From contig CM052817.1 of NCBI GenBank assembly GCA_028534125.1, positions 108,192,001-108,256,000 on the forward strand: a stretch of 64,000 nt of DNA, given 5' to 3'. This document shows positions 25,644 through 40,600 of this stretch, in pieces. Numbering within the stretch: the stretch's first letter is position 1; each line of letters opens with the position of its first letter. A program made the translations under genes and the position numbers. This stretch comes from Lama glama. Taxonomy: Eukaryota. The notes beneath the pieces are model-generated. The model was not told the origin of the DNA. It saw only the letters and a program-made list of their open reading frames with translations, and searched no databases.

Positions 25644-28600
25644 TTAGCAAGTGTCCTGAGCAAGGAACCACTGATTCGCTAGATCTGATGGGCAACTCAA
25701 CGGCAGAACTTCAGATCCCTGAGTTGCTTTCACAGGTAGAACGGCCAAATAGTTTACAGTAGGAAATCTTGTAACAAGCAATTTCAAGAAATGCGCAAAT
25801 AATCTACCCAAGCTCATACTACTTTATCCACTCATGACGTAAGCAGATATGAACAAGAGAATCTAAGTTCAACAGCATAACTCAGAACGATATTGACAAA
25901 GTCAAATGTTAAAAATAAAAGAGTAGGCACCATTGAGAAACAGTTTTAAACCCTGATGAAACTCTCCTTTTAATTCAAGGAAGTTCCAAAAGCCTCAGAA
26001 AGGTCCAAAATTTCATTAAGTTTTTGTGTGTGCAAAAACATAGGTTTTAGATCTAAGAAAGGACAGAAATGTGAAAAAGTTGATCCTACAAACAAAGGTA
26101 TGACACAAAATATAATTCTTAATGAATAGAAATCTGATGCTTCAGGGCAGGAATGCTATGACCCTGTTCCTTTATGGCTCCTGCTTAAGAAAAAATAAAT
26201 AAATAAAATAAAAGTCCAGGAAAACAAATCAGACATGCAAAAGGTTCCCAAGACATAAATTCCTAGTTCGAAAGGGAATGAAAATAACAATATTTCTGTG
26301 ACCATAAATCCTTACATAAAACACTTTTCAAAAGCTTGACAGATTCCCAATAACTTATTTTAAACCCTAAGTAAGTAAACAGAAACATGTAGATACAGAA
26401 AGAGATATGTACTGTATTATTTGTAAAGGTTTGGTGGGGTTCTACATATAAAAGCATTTGAGTAATATTAACAAACCAATATAAAATTTTTTTCTCATTT
26501 GTTAACAACTCTGCCGTGTCTAGCAATTAAACTTCCTACAGTGAAGAGGTAACACTTCTAAAAATTTAAATCACGACAATGTGGCAATTTATGGCCTAAA
26601 TTAATCTGGCAATTAATAATCAGAAATGCGACTTTTTGACAAATCATAGATACTACATCCAATCATTAGGCAATATTTGTAGAAGAAACTACTCAAGAAG
26701 TCAAGAAACAGGAGTGAAGCTAAAAGTAAAGCTTTTTTAGATGAAAACATCTGTTCCTAAAATAAAAGAAAAAGGAGAATGTAAACTATGGTAAACAAAA
26801 ATAATATAATTAAGAGCCTTTACCATGGTCTCTAAGAGATGCAAAGAATTAAATACGATAGAATGGAAAACATTAAACATTTCTCACTTGTATTCTGAAA
26901 AGGACATTAAATACTATTTAAATTTGGAACACCCCTAAGGAGGCCCAGCCACTCTCCAAATGTTCACTATTTATTCCACAGTCATGGAAGGTAAAATTAT
27001 ATGATAGGTACCCTGTATTCAAGAGGGCAGATCTGGTACCTGACCACTCGAGTTCCTTAAAACTAAACTGATCGCTTGTTAATTGCTTTTGACACTATAT
27101 ACTGCATGTTTTTTTTGCAATGTATTTCAGAATCACTTTAATAAATCATTATGTCCCTGTTGTAAAATAAACACTAAAGTCATCAGTCATTCTCTTTTCC
27201 AGTGCTTACATCAAATTTAATGAGACTAAATATGCCAATTTATTTAAGGTGTGGAAGATAAATTAAAAAGTTTACTGGACGTGTGCATCATTTAAAACAG
27301 AAGATTCTTGAGTGATTTATTATTTACTTGTAAGTGTTCTCCAAGTATCAATTAATGATTCTGAAAGAGTTTCTGAGAAGTTTTATGCAGAGAAGCAAAT
27401 TCAATTTTATTTTTTACGGTGACAGGCAAGAATGGTTTCTCTAATTAAAACAAAACTTCTATCTCTCAGTAGCTGCAGTAAAGGAGCAGATAAATGCACA
27501 TATTCTACCATTTCTTTTTAGTCACTATTAAATAATTTTAAGAATGTCATTTTTTAATCATTTGAATATTTTAAAGATATTGGGGGAAAACAGAAGCAAG
27601 CAGGACAATAGGTCAAGTTTACAACGTTCTGTTCCCACCATCTCTGTGGTTCTAGTCTTCACAAAACTGTAGGTAATGAAGTCCAGACTTAATTTCAGGC
27701 AATGACCTGCTCACTTCAATAAGTCATTCTAGGTTAAAATTTAAATGTGTCCTATTCATATTAATAATGTAGTTCCATATCATATTTTATTTGGAAAAAG
27801 ATGATAAATATCTTTTAAAATATTTAAAGAGCATCTCTAAAGGGATCTGTGTAATTCATGCATTGTATCAATAATTTTTTTAGATATTAAGCTGTTCTAC
27901 TCTTTCATAAACTAGAATTAACATCATTGCATTCTAAAAAAGAGTGATAGTTTAGTCCATTTAAAAAATCCCTAAATTTGCCACTGTTATGTAGTGATTC
28001 AATTTTTAAATGCATATATACGATACAGTGAAAGACATATCTGAAGATTTTTAATAAAGTGAATTTTTGCCAAAAAACCCAATTGATAACGAGGAAAAAT
28101 ATACTTTCAAAAACTGATTTATCTTACCAGGGAATAAAAAAGTAATACACTTGGTATTGATGAGTGAGTCATGATGCAGGAATGAAATTAGAAGCGCAGG
28201 AAAAAGTCACAGTTTAGGAAGCAGGCGTGTTGAAAATTAGCATGTCAATATGTCATGGTGGACCCTGGGATAGCACAGATGGTTAAATGTGCCTTGTGCT
28301 CCAGCCCCTACGGGTAAATATGCCTTCTGCTCCTTACAAGCACTGGACACCAAATCGACCTTCAGAGCCGTGACACAGGAGGGTCCGTGGGTGGGAACCC
28401 AGGTCAGTATGTTCTACTGCATGATGAAGCCTCATGCATTGCCCCTCCTCATTCAAAAGGCAGAGTACAGCGTGTGCAACCCTAGGGTAACTGCCTTACA
28501 TTTCAGGACTTGGGCAACAGTATACTTCTTACTAAAGATGAATCATTTCATTATTATTTATGAACCAGAATGTTCTCTGAGATTCCAATCTGGTTAGTAT

Positions 28601-29708
28601 TCTCCTCCTTCATCATTAGAAACTTCTCTTTCTTTCTTTACCTTAAGTCAGATAAGCTAAATATAGAAATGAAACTATGAGTCTTATATAGTTTGTCAGA
28701 AGTCATCATAATTATATATTATATAGAATTATTATTATATATTAAAATCATATTTCTGTGTGTATATATGCCATGCAAATGCCACTGGTGTAGTTCTAAT
28801 TCAGTGCAGTTCCATAGAGAAGCCACAAGGAATTTGATGGAATGAAGATTGTTTGGATCCAGATAATTCTTAAAAATGTGCCCTGCTTTCTGGGAAGTTA
28901 CTGATAATTTCTGCACACATATTTCTTTAACTCACTGGGTGGAGTATACAAAGAAGATTGCTAAAAGATACAAACTTGAGAGCTTCACATAGAGTTTTCT
29001 GAAATGAATCAGTTTTTATCCTCAAAGTGCTCAAAAGCTAACAATATAATGAAATTGTACTTTAAAAAATCACTGCCTTTGCTAGTTATTAAAATGTTCC
29101 ATAGACTCAAAGGAGGATAATTGAGCCCAAATGAAAATGTGCCAGTAGATCGATAATCATTTAGGCTTTAAATGTGAAAACAGTCACATCAGAAGAAGTC
29201 TGATTTATTCCTCTGAAGAACCAGATGAGGCTATCATTCTTTTCATTCTTTTTTTTTTAAGGCTCTCTTTCTTATTCACGTATGTAACATGAACAAAGGC
29301 AATATGTCTTCTGTGGTATATTCATTATTCATTATACTCAGGCATTCTAGAGCAGGAATTAAAATGTCATAATGAGATGAGAGGTGTCTGAGTTTATTCC
29401 GTCCTGTGTGTATTACTCTTCAACGTGGCACAACTTTTCGTAATGAATCAGCCATCGTTATCACCCAACTATGTATTTCGAGACACTTGGAAAATATGTT
29501 ACCGTATAGCCTTTTTAATACAACAACTTAACCTTTAAAGAAAAACCAAATTTTATAAATATCATTTCCATGAGCTAAGAGCAGAAAAATAACAGGGATG
29601 GGAAGTGTGCAAATGAGGTTTTGTGGCTTTTGGAGTTAATCAGTCATGTTGCCCATTTTCCCATATACAGGTCTGTGAATCGACACACAGATGACTGTAA
29701 AATGAGAA

Positions 29709-29735
29709 TATGCAGCAAAAACACGGTACCCCTCC
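29709..29735 (-). promoter_or_regulatory. GRIA2: Q/R editing complementary sequence (ECS) in intron 11
   Basis: Pairs with exon positions 30010-30036 at 25 of 27 positions including G-U pairs. The core is a perfect 10-bp inverted repeat, tatgcagcaa/ttgctgcata. Confidence 0.95.
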
Positions 29736-29756
29736 AAGAAGGCATGGAATGAGAGG

Positions 29757-30437
<681 letters not shown>

Positions 30438-30871
30438 TTACATCTCGGGATGGGAGAGAAGGAAAGGAAGTCGAGGAAATGGAAATATTATTTCCTTGGC
30501 AGAATCTCAGTAAAAAACAAACCGAAAAAGAGCCATTCCCCACTCCCCGCCAAATATCCCTCCTTTTTATAAATACAGAGCACACCCTTCTGCCTCGATT
30601 ATAAAAGCTATGTCTGCATCCGTGCCTTTGCGGTCTTGGAACAATGCATATGGCCCCTAGGCTTCCAGACAGTAAAAAGCCTGTCGCCAACTGCACGTTT
30701 GCTTCTGACTTCATCCTGCATCTTCAAATGTCACAAGGAAACAAAACACTCTTCCTAGAGTAGTGTAGGAAACCAACTACCTCAGGTAGCGGGACTTTTT
30801 AGGGGGGGCAAGCATTCTGTCAACAAGAATTCACACTGAATGACTTTATCCTTGAGAACAGTGGTACTTAC

Positions 30872-31078
30872 CCCATAGACAAGCTCTCCAACCATCCCAT
30901 TCCAAATTTTCGTGTCTGCATCCCTGGCCCCATACTTGCCATCCCCGACAATCGTCAACTTGTACTTGAACCCACAGTGTTTGGCAATTTCTGCAGCCAA
31001 GTCAACACAGTATCCCTCGTAGCGTTCATTGCCTTCAAGCATTTCGTGATTCTTCTTCATCATAACATATGGAGATTC
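30872..31078 (-). CDS. GRIA2: Exon 10 (207 nt), S1 ligand-binding domain
   Basis: TAG|GAATCT acceptor and GGG|GTAAGT donor; [24 protein letters not shown]...GELVYG. Confidence 0.98.
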
Positions 31079-32520
31079 CTATATGGAAAGACGGTGCTTC
31101 AGTTGATTAAAAAAAAAATGGCTGTGTTAATCAGCCACTCTCATCGACTCCAATCTTCTGGTTTAATTATTACCTGTTAGCCAGAGATCCTGGAGAATAT
31201 AGATAGTGGATAATATGAGTGGGAAAAAATTAATGCTTCTTAACAAAATTCTCAAATGTCAATCATTATATCTCACTAATATGCCTTGTACCCAGGCATA
31301 CCAAAGTAAACAAGAGACTAACAGCACAAAACTGTTACTCTGTCCCGCCACCATGTTTGCAATCCCGAGGGCTTAGAGAGGAGTCACATCACTCTACATC
31401 TGGCCCATTCAACTCTGGATCCACCCACTCTCTTTTCTACAAGGCTACCCAGACCCTAGAGAACCTGCATCCACCCCAAAACCCTGAGTCACTACCAGCC
31501 TGAGGACAAAGTTCATGTGAAAATCAGGTTCAGGTGAGCAACGTGCAGACCGGAAGAGTCACTGCCGTGGTGATGCGCTGATTCCACCCTCCCAAGCTTG
31601 AGCCCTCACCTCCTCTATGAATTATAATATCCCAGAATTACGCTACACAGAGCACTAGAGAGCAGCTTCCCCTGTAAACATCATAAAGAGGAAGTGTGGA
31701 AAAAATGACCCAACACCAGCCCAACATTCTCTACTGAAAAGTGGCGCTAAGGATACGCGGAGGCTCAGTGAGATGGTTCCTCTCAGTGGCACGATTAAGG
31801 CCAAAATCCTCAAATGTCTAGCCTGCATCAAGATATTCCAGTGCCAACCAGCATTCTTACCCAAATCCCATATCAGACTATGTATATTTTCTTCTCAATA
31901 TTGTTATGTTGACAAATTCCCCAGATTTACTACATCACAGCTTGGTAAAACAAAATAAGATTGTTTTGTCACAACATCACATACTATCAGCGAGCCCCAC
32001 TTTCCCCGTTTCATTTCACCCACAGCCTGTCACGAGGACCTGCATGACATGGAGAGACCTTCCACCTGTCCAAAGCCTCGATGGTCACGATCCAGTTCAG
32101 TTTTGTCTCAGTCATCTGAAAGCCATTTTTCAAGCATCAGCTATGTGTCAACTACTATGTTGAGATTTGGAGTTAAAAAGAAGGGAGATCAGCCCTGTCT
32201 TTAAGGAGTTTAGCTTTCTGTATGAAGCAAGAGAAGGTGACAGCATTGCTAAACTATGTAACAGATGTAAGGGCAGAATGGACCCAGAATTGTGTGGGAA
32301 TGAGAAGATGAGACACCCGAGGAAATTCCAGGAAGACTTCTCCAGAGTTGCCCTAGGTCTTCGCCCGTGTGAGCACCAGGTATGAATCTATGAAGCTGAA
32401 GTCCCACCTTGAAGAGGACAGCAGATATTTTGAATGCTTTAGCTCATGTTTGTGCGTGGTCTTTTGGGCACAGTCATCATGCAGTGAATGACTAAAGCAT
32501 TCAAAAGCAGCACCATATCA

Positions 32521-32754
<234 letters not shown>

Positions 32755-33401
32755 CTACGTGACTTTCAATTGGGAAAGCACTGAATTACTGCCAAACCCA
32801 CATCTGAATCTGAAATGACACCTGCGTTACTTGGCTGCTTCTAAATAGAGATGTGTCTTGTTTGTCTCTGCGACTTTAAGAGGAGTAGAAAGGGACCAAT
32901 CAAACCAACAAACAAAACAGTTCTTAGAAACAGCTTGTCTCTTTGTGATCACTTTTCACATTCTCCAAAGGTAGTGCGTTGGGGAGTTGATCATATAGAA
33001 TCACAAATAAAATCCAAACAATGGCATTTTAGCCCTAACAGAAGAAAAAAAATATGGAATTGGACTGTTACATGCACATCAGCACCACGTGCATTAAGTC
33101 TTCTGAATCATAACCCTTCAGCAATAGTTTTTTTCTTTTCATTAAACTCTGTTTCTACCTTTGTCTTTAAAAAAGTATGACACTTCTATTCATAGTTATT
33201 TTAAAATTAATTTCAGTGTCATGTACCAGAAATACATAGATTTTATTTAGAAAAGAAATATTTTAAAATATATGTTTCTGGAAGTTGCTGAACTCCATCT
33301 ATGGGAACATATGTCTCCAGGACTCTGGAAGAAGAGGTGATGGGTTCTCTCACCCTCCTCCTCACACAGAGAGAACTGCCTTCCCACCACTGATGATTTA
33401 C

Positions 33402-33506
33402 CTTCCGGGGCCCATTTGTTTTGAGCTCCATGATGTTAATAGTATAATTTATTCTTTTTCCATTCTGGTCAAACTTGATATTTCCTGAGAGACCTTCAAC
33501 CTGCAC
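33402..33506 (-). CDS. GRIA2: Exon 8 (105 nt)
   Basis: TAG|GTGCAG acceptor and AAG|GTAAAT donor; [35 protein letters not shown]. Confidence 0.97.
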
Positions 33507-33754
33507 CTAGTAAGGAAATGGGAAAAGAACACAGTTAGAAATTCACTTCAACAGCTACAAACTGGTTGACCAGATGACTCTCCTGGAGTGCAAGTCAAGA
33601 AAAAGACACTTAGCAGGTTTCTTCTCAATCTTCCAAGGGACTTTTGTATAGTTAGGAAATAATTTTCCCTTTGCTCAAAACATAAGAGATAAAAACGAGA
33701 ATGACTAATTCAGCAGGGAAAAATAATGGCCATTGTTGAGTTTATTTACAATCA

Positions 33755-33979
<225 letters not shown>

Positions 33980-35341
33980 TCAGAGACTCACCATGCACTG
34001 GCAATCAAGACTGCAGTTGCCCACCATGCAATACCACATCAGAGTTCAAGAATTCAGACACAATTTCTACCTTTAGAAACCTAAGAATCTAAGAGGAGTC
34101 ATACAGAATATTGGGACTATGGAATGTCCTCTTGATTCTAAACATTTTCAATTATGGTAACATCTCAGCCATTTCAGGTGCACTCTTTCATAGTAATTGT
34201 GTTGATGATTTTGTTTATGTTTTCTTTTTCAAACTAGTTTCTCATTAGAGCAAGATTTTATGACCTGATCTGCTGATACAGGAAATTATCAAATTAACAA
34301 ATCAGTATTTCTCCATTGTCTAATGAGAGATTCATTTGGTGACATGCAAAGAATTCTGACTGGCTTTGAGACTCTGTCTCTAATTTTACCCTAGTGAAGC
34401 TCACATAGATCTGCAGAGATCTTTGGAGTATTTATTTGTTTTTAAACTCCCCTAGATGATTATGATAAATCAAATGGAAGAACCACCAAACTTCATGATT
34501 TCTATGCTCCCTCACGCTTCACTAGTCTATGATAATATTAGTTCTAAACTTACGGTATTCAGATCTCTGTGGGATAGCAGGATTGCTTTTGGAGCTGGGA
34601 TCCAAACAGAAAAAAAATAAAACTACAAAAGTGCACTAAGCATTATCAGGGGCTGGATAAGTATTATTATGGCATGTGTATATACTGCCATCTATCAAAG
34701 TATGATGTTGTTATCAGCAATAATAAATCACATTTTAACATAAAAACCTTAATGATTGCTGAGGAAATTTCTGTTTTCAGTATTTTTCAATCTTTTGTTA
34801 ACAAAAGTACAGAGAATCTGGGGGAAAATATAATATCATACTGATTTTGTGACACGCTAAATTTCTTGACCACAAATTCAAAATGGGCACTCAATATTTC
34901 CAAATAATCATCCTTTCTTCAGTAACTTGGTTCTTCCACCCTCAAAAATGACTATTCTATACCTTCTTTTTATCTTCTCTAAAACCCACACCTCTGCACA
35001 CTTTTCTTTCTCTGAATTCCCGCTGCCTCCCTCACCTTACCTGTCATGGAGGAAACAGAAGCCAACAGACAGAATCCACTGATCTTTTGACCAAAATCTA
35101 CTAAGTCCCACATCTCTCTGTTTCCCTCCTGAGTTGACAATGCGTGAGGTGGCCATACTCCTACCAGGGGACGGCCACTCCAGCAGTGCACTCACCCTAT
35201 CCCTCTCATCTTCTTGAGGACATTTTTCCTGCAGTTATACCCTCAATATCCTGCATAAGTCTTTTTCTCTATTAGCAATTCAGTGACTCTAATTTTGGTA
35301 TTGTAAATAAGGAAAGAAAGAAATGGGTAGGTTGTGAATTT

Positions 35342-35490
35342 GATAGATAGATGATGATAGGTAGACAGACAGATGGATGGATAGATAGATGGACGGACAG
35401 ATAGACAGACGGATGGATGGATAGATAGATGGACAGACAGGTGGACAAATAGTTAGATAGATAGATAAATACACAATAGATAGAAACAGA
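35342..35490. repeat. Compound (GATA/GATG/GACA)n microsatellite
   Basis: Read directly from the sequence. Confidence 0.95.
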
Positions 35491-38400
35491 TATAACAACT
35501 GTTTCTTAGGTCCATGTCTCCTTCCAATTTCCACCATCTTTTCCCATTTGTTAAGGGGAATTTCCATTTCACATCAACCCTCTTTGTTCTAAGTGATCTC
35601 ATTCAGTCCATGGCTTTAAATTACACCTGTGGCCCAGACATGACTTCCCCAGTGGTATCCCTCCTGCTCAGCCCACTCCTGGTCACTCTCCTTCACCTTG
35701 TTGTGCCCTTGTTTATTTCCTTCAGAGTCTCTACCAGTATCTGAACATCTTCTCTGTGTAGTTTTTGTTTATTTCATCTTTCTTCGCCACTAGAATAGTT
35801 ACTCCAGGGAAGTGGAAAACTGCTCTGTCACCACTGAATTCTCAGAGCTCAGGGCAGGGTTGGGCACTCTGTGGAGACTCAATAGGAAAGGAGGAAGGAA
35901 GGAAGGGGGGTCAGAGATGTTGATATGGATTATATCTTTATGGGACTTACATGTCTCTCAGTTCGATGAAAAGATACATAAACAGATAATTGCAATATAC
36001 CACAATAGTGTTATAAATCAGTCCAATGGTGGATAGATGTCTATCTTGATTATTTTTAATATGAGAGATATTACAATCAGGCAAATGAGAAAATAATTTA
36101 TGGGGTATGAATTATCCCCTCCCCACATCCAGAAGTTTTTTTAAGATGCCACGTTTTTAACACTAAAAATGGTACTGTGAAGTTATCACTTAATCTTTGC
36201 ATGACTCAGTTTAGTTGAATCAGTTTAACTTTATCATATGAATGAATCAGATTTGATGGGAAAGTTGGGAGGAAGACAGAAGAAAAAGAGAAACTGATTT
36301 TGAGCCCACATGACAGTGATTGGGTACTGTTAATGGTAATAAGACATTTGCATTTACTGCTAAATTTTCTCACTAAAATTTCGTCTCATATGCTACTGCC
36401 AGTTAAGCAGTGTCATTGCAGGCCTATATATGAGTCTTTCTTGACAAATCTAGATTATCTCTGGATGTTTGCACTTGAGTTTCCTGCAAATACCTCTACC
36501 AGATGGCTCTAAATAAAACCCACTGCCATTTTTTCCCCAGATCTGCAACTCTTTCCTTCAAATTGTACATGCAAGAAATCAGCAAAAGACACTGTATTAT
36601 ATACGCAATTTAGGCAACTTATATTCCTGGATTGAAAGTGTAATTTCTGGGAAGCTATCCCAAGAAAATATTCTCAAATACAGAGAATTTTCCCACAAAG
36701 ATATTAATTTCAGTGTCATTGGTAATATGCAAAAATTAGAAAGAATCTAAATTGTTGACAGTAAAGGAATGCTTAAAAACTATGCTTTTTGCCTTGTGGA
36801 AGTATTATGCAGCCATTAAAAAGTTCTACTAATAAAGGTAATGTGAGAATACCAATAATGCTAGCTATAAGAGAAAAACATTATTACAACTAAATTTTTT
36901 TCAACAAAAAAATGAGAGTAACAAAAAATGGTGATATATCTTCAACAGAAAAATGAAAGAAAAATAAATGAAATGGTAATAATAATAGGGAGGAAACACA
37001 CATGATGATATTTCTTTTCTAACAATTCTACAATATCCATGTAGATTTTTTTAAAGGTAATTTAAAAAATCATATAATATCAAAAGCATTGTTTTAAATC
37101 ATACCTACTGAAGAAAAGGCTCCTTGGAGAAATAGAGATATTACATTAGGATTTATCTGCCTCACTTATGTGTTTGTTTCTAATCTCCTGGGTGGGGTGG
37201 GGGAAACACTGGTTAAATTGCTTTCCTTTCCAGCAATCAGTCCGTTGCCAATTTAATTCTTGTGATGAAGTTTAGGTCAGGGAATCAGAAACAGAAACTA
37301 GGGCCGCAGTTTGCTTGTGTTCAAGAGTAAAGATCATAGTTAAAAGCCGAAATCTTCATTGAGTCTGACTGCTCACATTACTATGAGAAATCTATAAAGC
37401 CATCTGCTGAATGTTTTAGAGCTCTATAAATGCTGGTGAACTCCATTAAAAAATAAGACTAGGTTGAATGAACTAAAAGCATTTAAGTCCAATGCAGCGT
37501 GTTTTCATTATGATTCAAAGCGTAAGCCCGCCAAGAAGAAAAATCCTTCCAACCTTTCTCGAATGTTCAAATCTAATCAAGTCTCAAGCCTATTATCACT
37601 TTAAATTAAAAGTCACCATCGTGGAGACACAATTCTGGGCTAAGAGGAAATCAAAAGCCTCTGTAACGGAGTTCCTTCTTGTTTATGTTCTGCATCTGTG
37701 GCTCATTTATTTTTCTAAACAAATATGTTCACATTTTTGATTGGACAGTGAAATATTTCAGTTTTATTCTACCGTTCACTAACTAGATGTAAATTAACTT
37801 GCAGGGAACATGACGGCAATGTAACAATCTCCTCTGAAAACAAATGTATCATCTCTGCCGTGATGTTTATGTTCTGTGAAACCCCTCATCTGAGCTGGAA
37901 ATGTACATTTCAGTGGGGGGTGCCGTGATGCTCTGTGTCCTCTGTCACAGTTGCCTCACACCACACTTGAAGAAGAAACCTGGGAAAACATTTTTATGGC
38001 CCATTTTCCAAATGCGCTTTTTTATCTCATTTGAAATGTATCCTTATTGAGACTTATTTTTCAGGAGGAAAATGAAATATGCATTTTAAACATGTTTGTC
38101 ATGCCCAGCAGTTAGCAGACATTATTCAGTAACACATTTCTGTAATCACTGATACCAAATATCTTTACTCTGACAGTTAAAAACCAAAACCAAAACCACA
38201 ACCAAAACCAAAACCAAAAACAAAAAAAAGGAGATAGGAAGGAGTTCTATATACATTTAAAATCTAATGAATATACAAAGAGAATAAATCGGCTAAAATA
38301 TAAAATTTTATGGGCCATCCTAATGTTTGCACCAACTGAAACATGTTATCTGCACGGTGCTGAGATAGGAAAAGAAAATACCATTCAAAAAAGCCCTAGA

Positions 38401-38882
38401 TTTAGTACTATGAAAGTGTTATAAAATTTCCTATGAATGGCCACTTTTCAAATTTTCCTTGGCACTTGAAATGGAATTGAGTATAGTGTCAAAAGCACGG
38501 AACACAGCATCTTCTGATCTTTTTCAGGGCTGCATGGAGCCCTGATTTCACTATTTCTGCTCTGTTGCCTGGAGCAAGTTTACTAAAGCATCAGCATCCA
38601 AGGTTTCTTATCAATGAAAGAACAATGCGTCTTCTGTGGCAGGAGTGTTGGAAAGGAAGGTGAGGGAAAGAGAAAGAGCTCATGTTGATCTAGTTCTCCA
38701 TGCGCCAAGCCTGAGCCGCAGTTTCTTAAGTCCTTTTTAAAAAAAACTCTATGCAACAAATATTTTTACCCCAATTTTACAGGTGAGAGTTGCCAGTCAT
38801 CAAGTGATATTTTGTTCAGGGTCACAAAAATATGTGACCAACGTGGAATTTGAATCCAGATCTCTCTGTTTCTAGGGTAATG

Positions 38883-38974
38883 AGGGTGATCTACCATCCT
38901 GGTTTGCCTGGGGCTGTCCCAGTTTTGGAACAGAAAGTCTGGAGTCCCGGTCACACTGGGACTGTTGGTCCCCT
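38883..38974. mobile_element. MER81/MER94-like hAT-Blackjack non-autonomous DNA transposon
   Basis: Degenerate terminal inverted repeats (agggtgatc...ggtcccct) with internal gtcccagtttt/gtcccgg/ctgggac motifs. Confidence 0.65.
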
Positions 38975-39803
38975 TTTTTGGCAAATTCTACATCAAATGA
39001 ATAGTTATAGGCAAGGAGATGCTGGATGACTTGTAAAATATGCTAAAGATGCAAGCTAACGACCAGCATGTTTGCCTTATTTTTTCCTTTTTTTACTAAC
39101 TTGGTCTAACACTAGCTGATCTTGACAATGTTTTGAAAACCACCACCCTGCTCTACAAGACTCTCTGATCTAGTAAGTTTAGAAAATGATTCTCACATGG
39201 GCATCTTAAAGGCTCTGAGAAATCCTGCAGTAACAAGTTTGATTCTGTTTGATCAGCATGGCCCAAACTAATTACCATTTAATTTTTTTCCTTAATATTA
39301 ATAGCTTTCTGTAAAAATAGCATTTGTGCAATATCCTTTGGGGTGTTAAAAGTTTTATGGTCTGGTAAATTTTACACACTCATTTTTAAAATAGCATCAA
39401 TTGTTTAGTTAAATAAAATTATTAAAACTGAATGATATTTCCCTAGAGAACCTTGCCCAATAAAATTCTCAGTTTCTTCATTACAAAATGATCAACATAA
39501 TCAAAACTGATAAGCTCGAGGAAAAAGAATTAAGCCTGTAAGAAAAATGTTAGAAAGCCTTGTTTGAAGCTTCTTGGCAATGATCTAGAATCAACTAAAG
39601 CCATAGAAAGGAAAAATAGTATTATGAAGCACATTATAAACTTAATTATTCACTTGTCTTAATTTCAAATTCAACTGAAGTCTACCCCCTGGGACGGATC
39701 TGTCTGTGATGAGTTCATCTTTAATTTCCTATAAAGTCTTTTGAACACGTGCCCTTTGTAGCTTCACCGCATAAAATCACAGTCTTCATTAAAACTTACC
39801 ATC

Positions 39804-40600
39804 AGTGGAGCAACAGGAACCCTCACTTATCGTTGATGGAGATGCAAAATGGTACAGCCACTTTGGGAGACAGTATGGTTGCAGAGTAAACATACTCTTC
39901 CCATACGATCGATCAATGTCACTCTGATATTTACCCAAAGGAGCTGAAACCGTTTGTCTACTCAAAAACCAGCACACAGAAGTTCACAGCAGTTTTACTC
40001 ATAACTGCCAACACTTGGAAGCAGCCAAGATGTGCTTTAGTGAGTGAACCAATAAATAGTTTGGGGTACATACAGACAATAGAATGTGATCAGCGCTAAA
40101 AAGGAATGAGCTGCCAAGTCACAGAAAGACATGGAGGAACTTTAAATGCATATTACTAAGTGGGAAAAGCCAATCAGACAAGGCTACCTACTGTATGATT
40201 CCAACTATATGACATTCTGGAAAAGGCAAAACTATGGAGACAGTAAAAAGATCAGTCAGTGGTGGCCAGGTGCTGAGGGAGGGAGGAGGGGGCGGGATGA
40301 ACAGATGGAGCACAAAGCAGTGAAGACACTCTGTATGAAACTATAATGATGAAAGCACGTTAACAGACATTTGTCTGAAACCACAGAACGTACGACATCA
40401 GAAGCGAAGGGTAATGTGAACCACGGACTTTGGGTGATCACATTAGGTCAATGTAGGCTCATCAATTTAACAAATGTACCGCGCTGGTGAGGACAGTGAG
40501 ACTGGAGGAGGTGACACGTGTGGGAGCAGAGGTATCGGAACTCTTTGCACTGTCTGCTCGATTTTGCTGTGAACCCAAGCCTGGTCCAAAAAAATAAAGT
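39804..40600 (+). mobile_element. Old L1 (L1MC/MD-like) ORF2 end and 3'UTR
   Basis: gtggagcaacaggaac...gcaaaatggtacagccactttgg...tatgattccaactatatgacattctggaaaaggcaaaactatggagac. Confidence 0.8.
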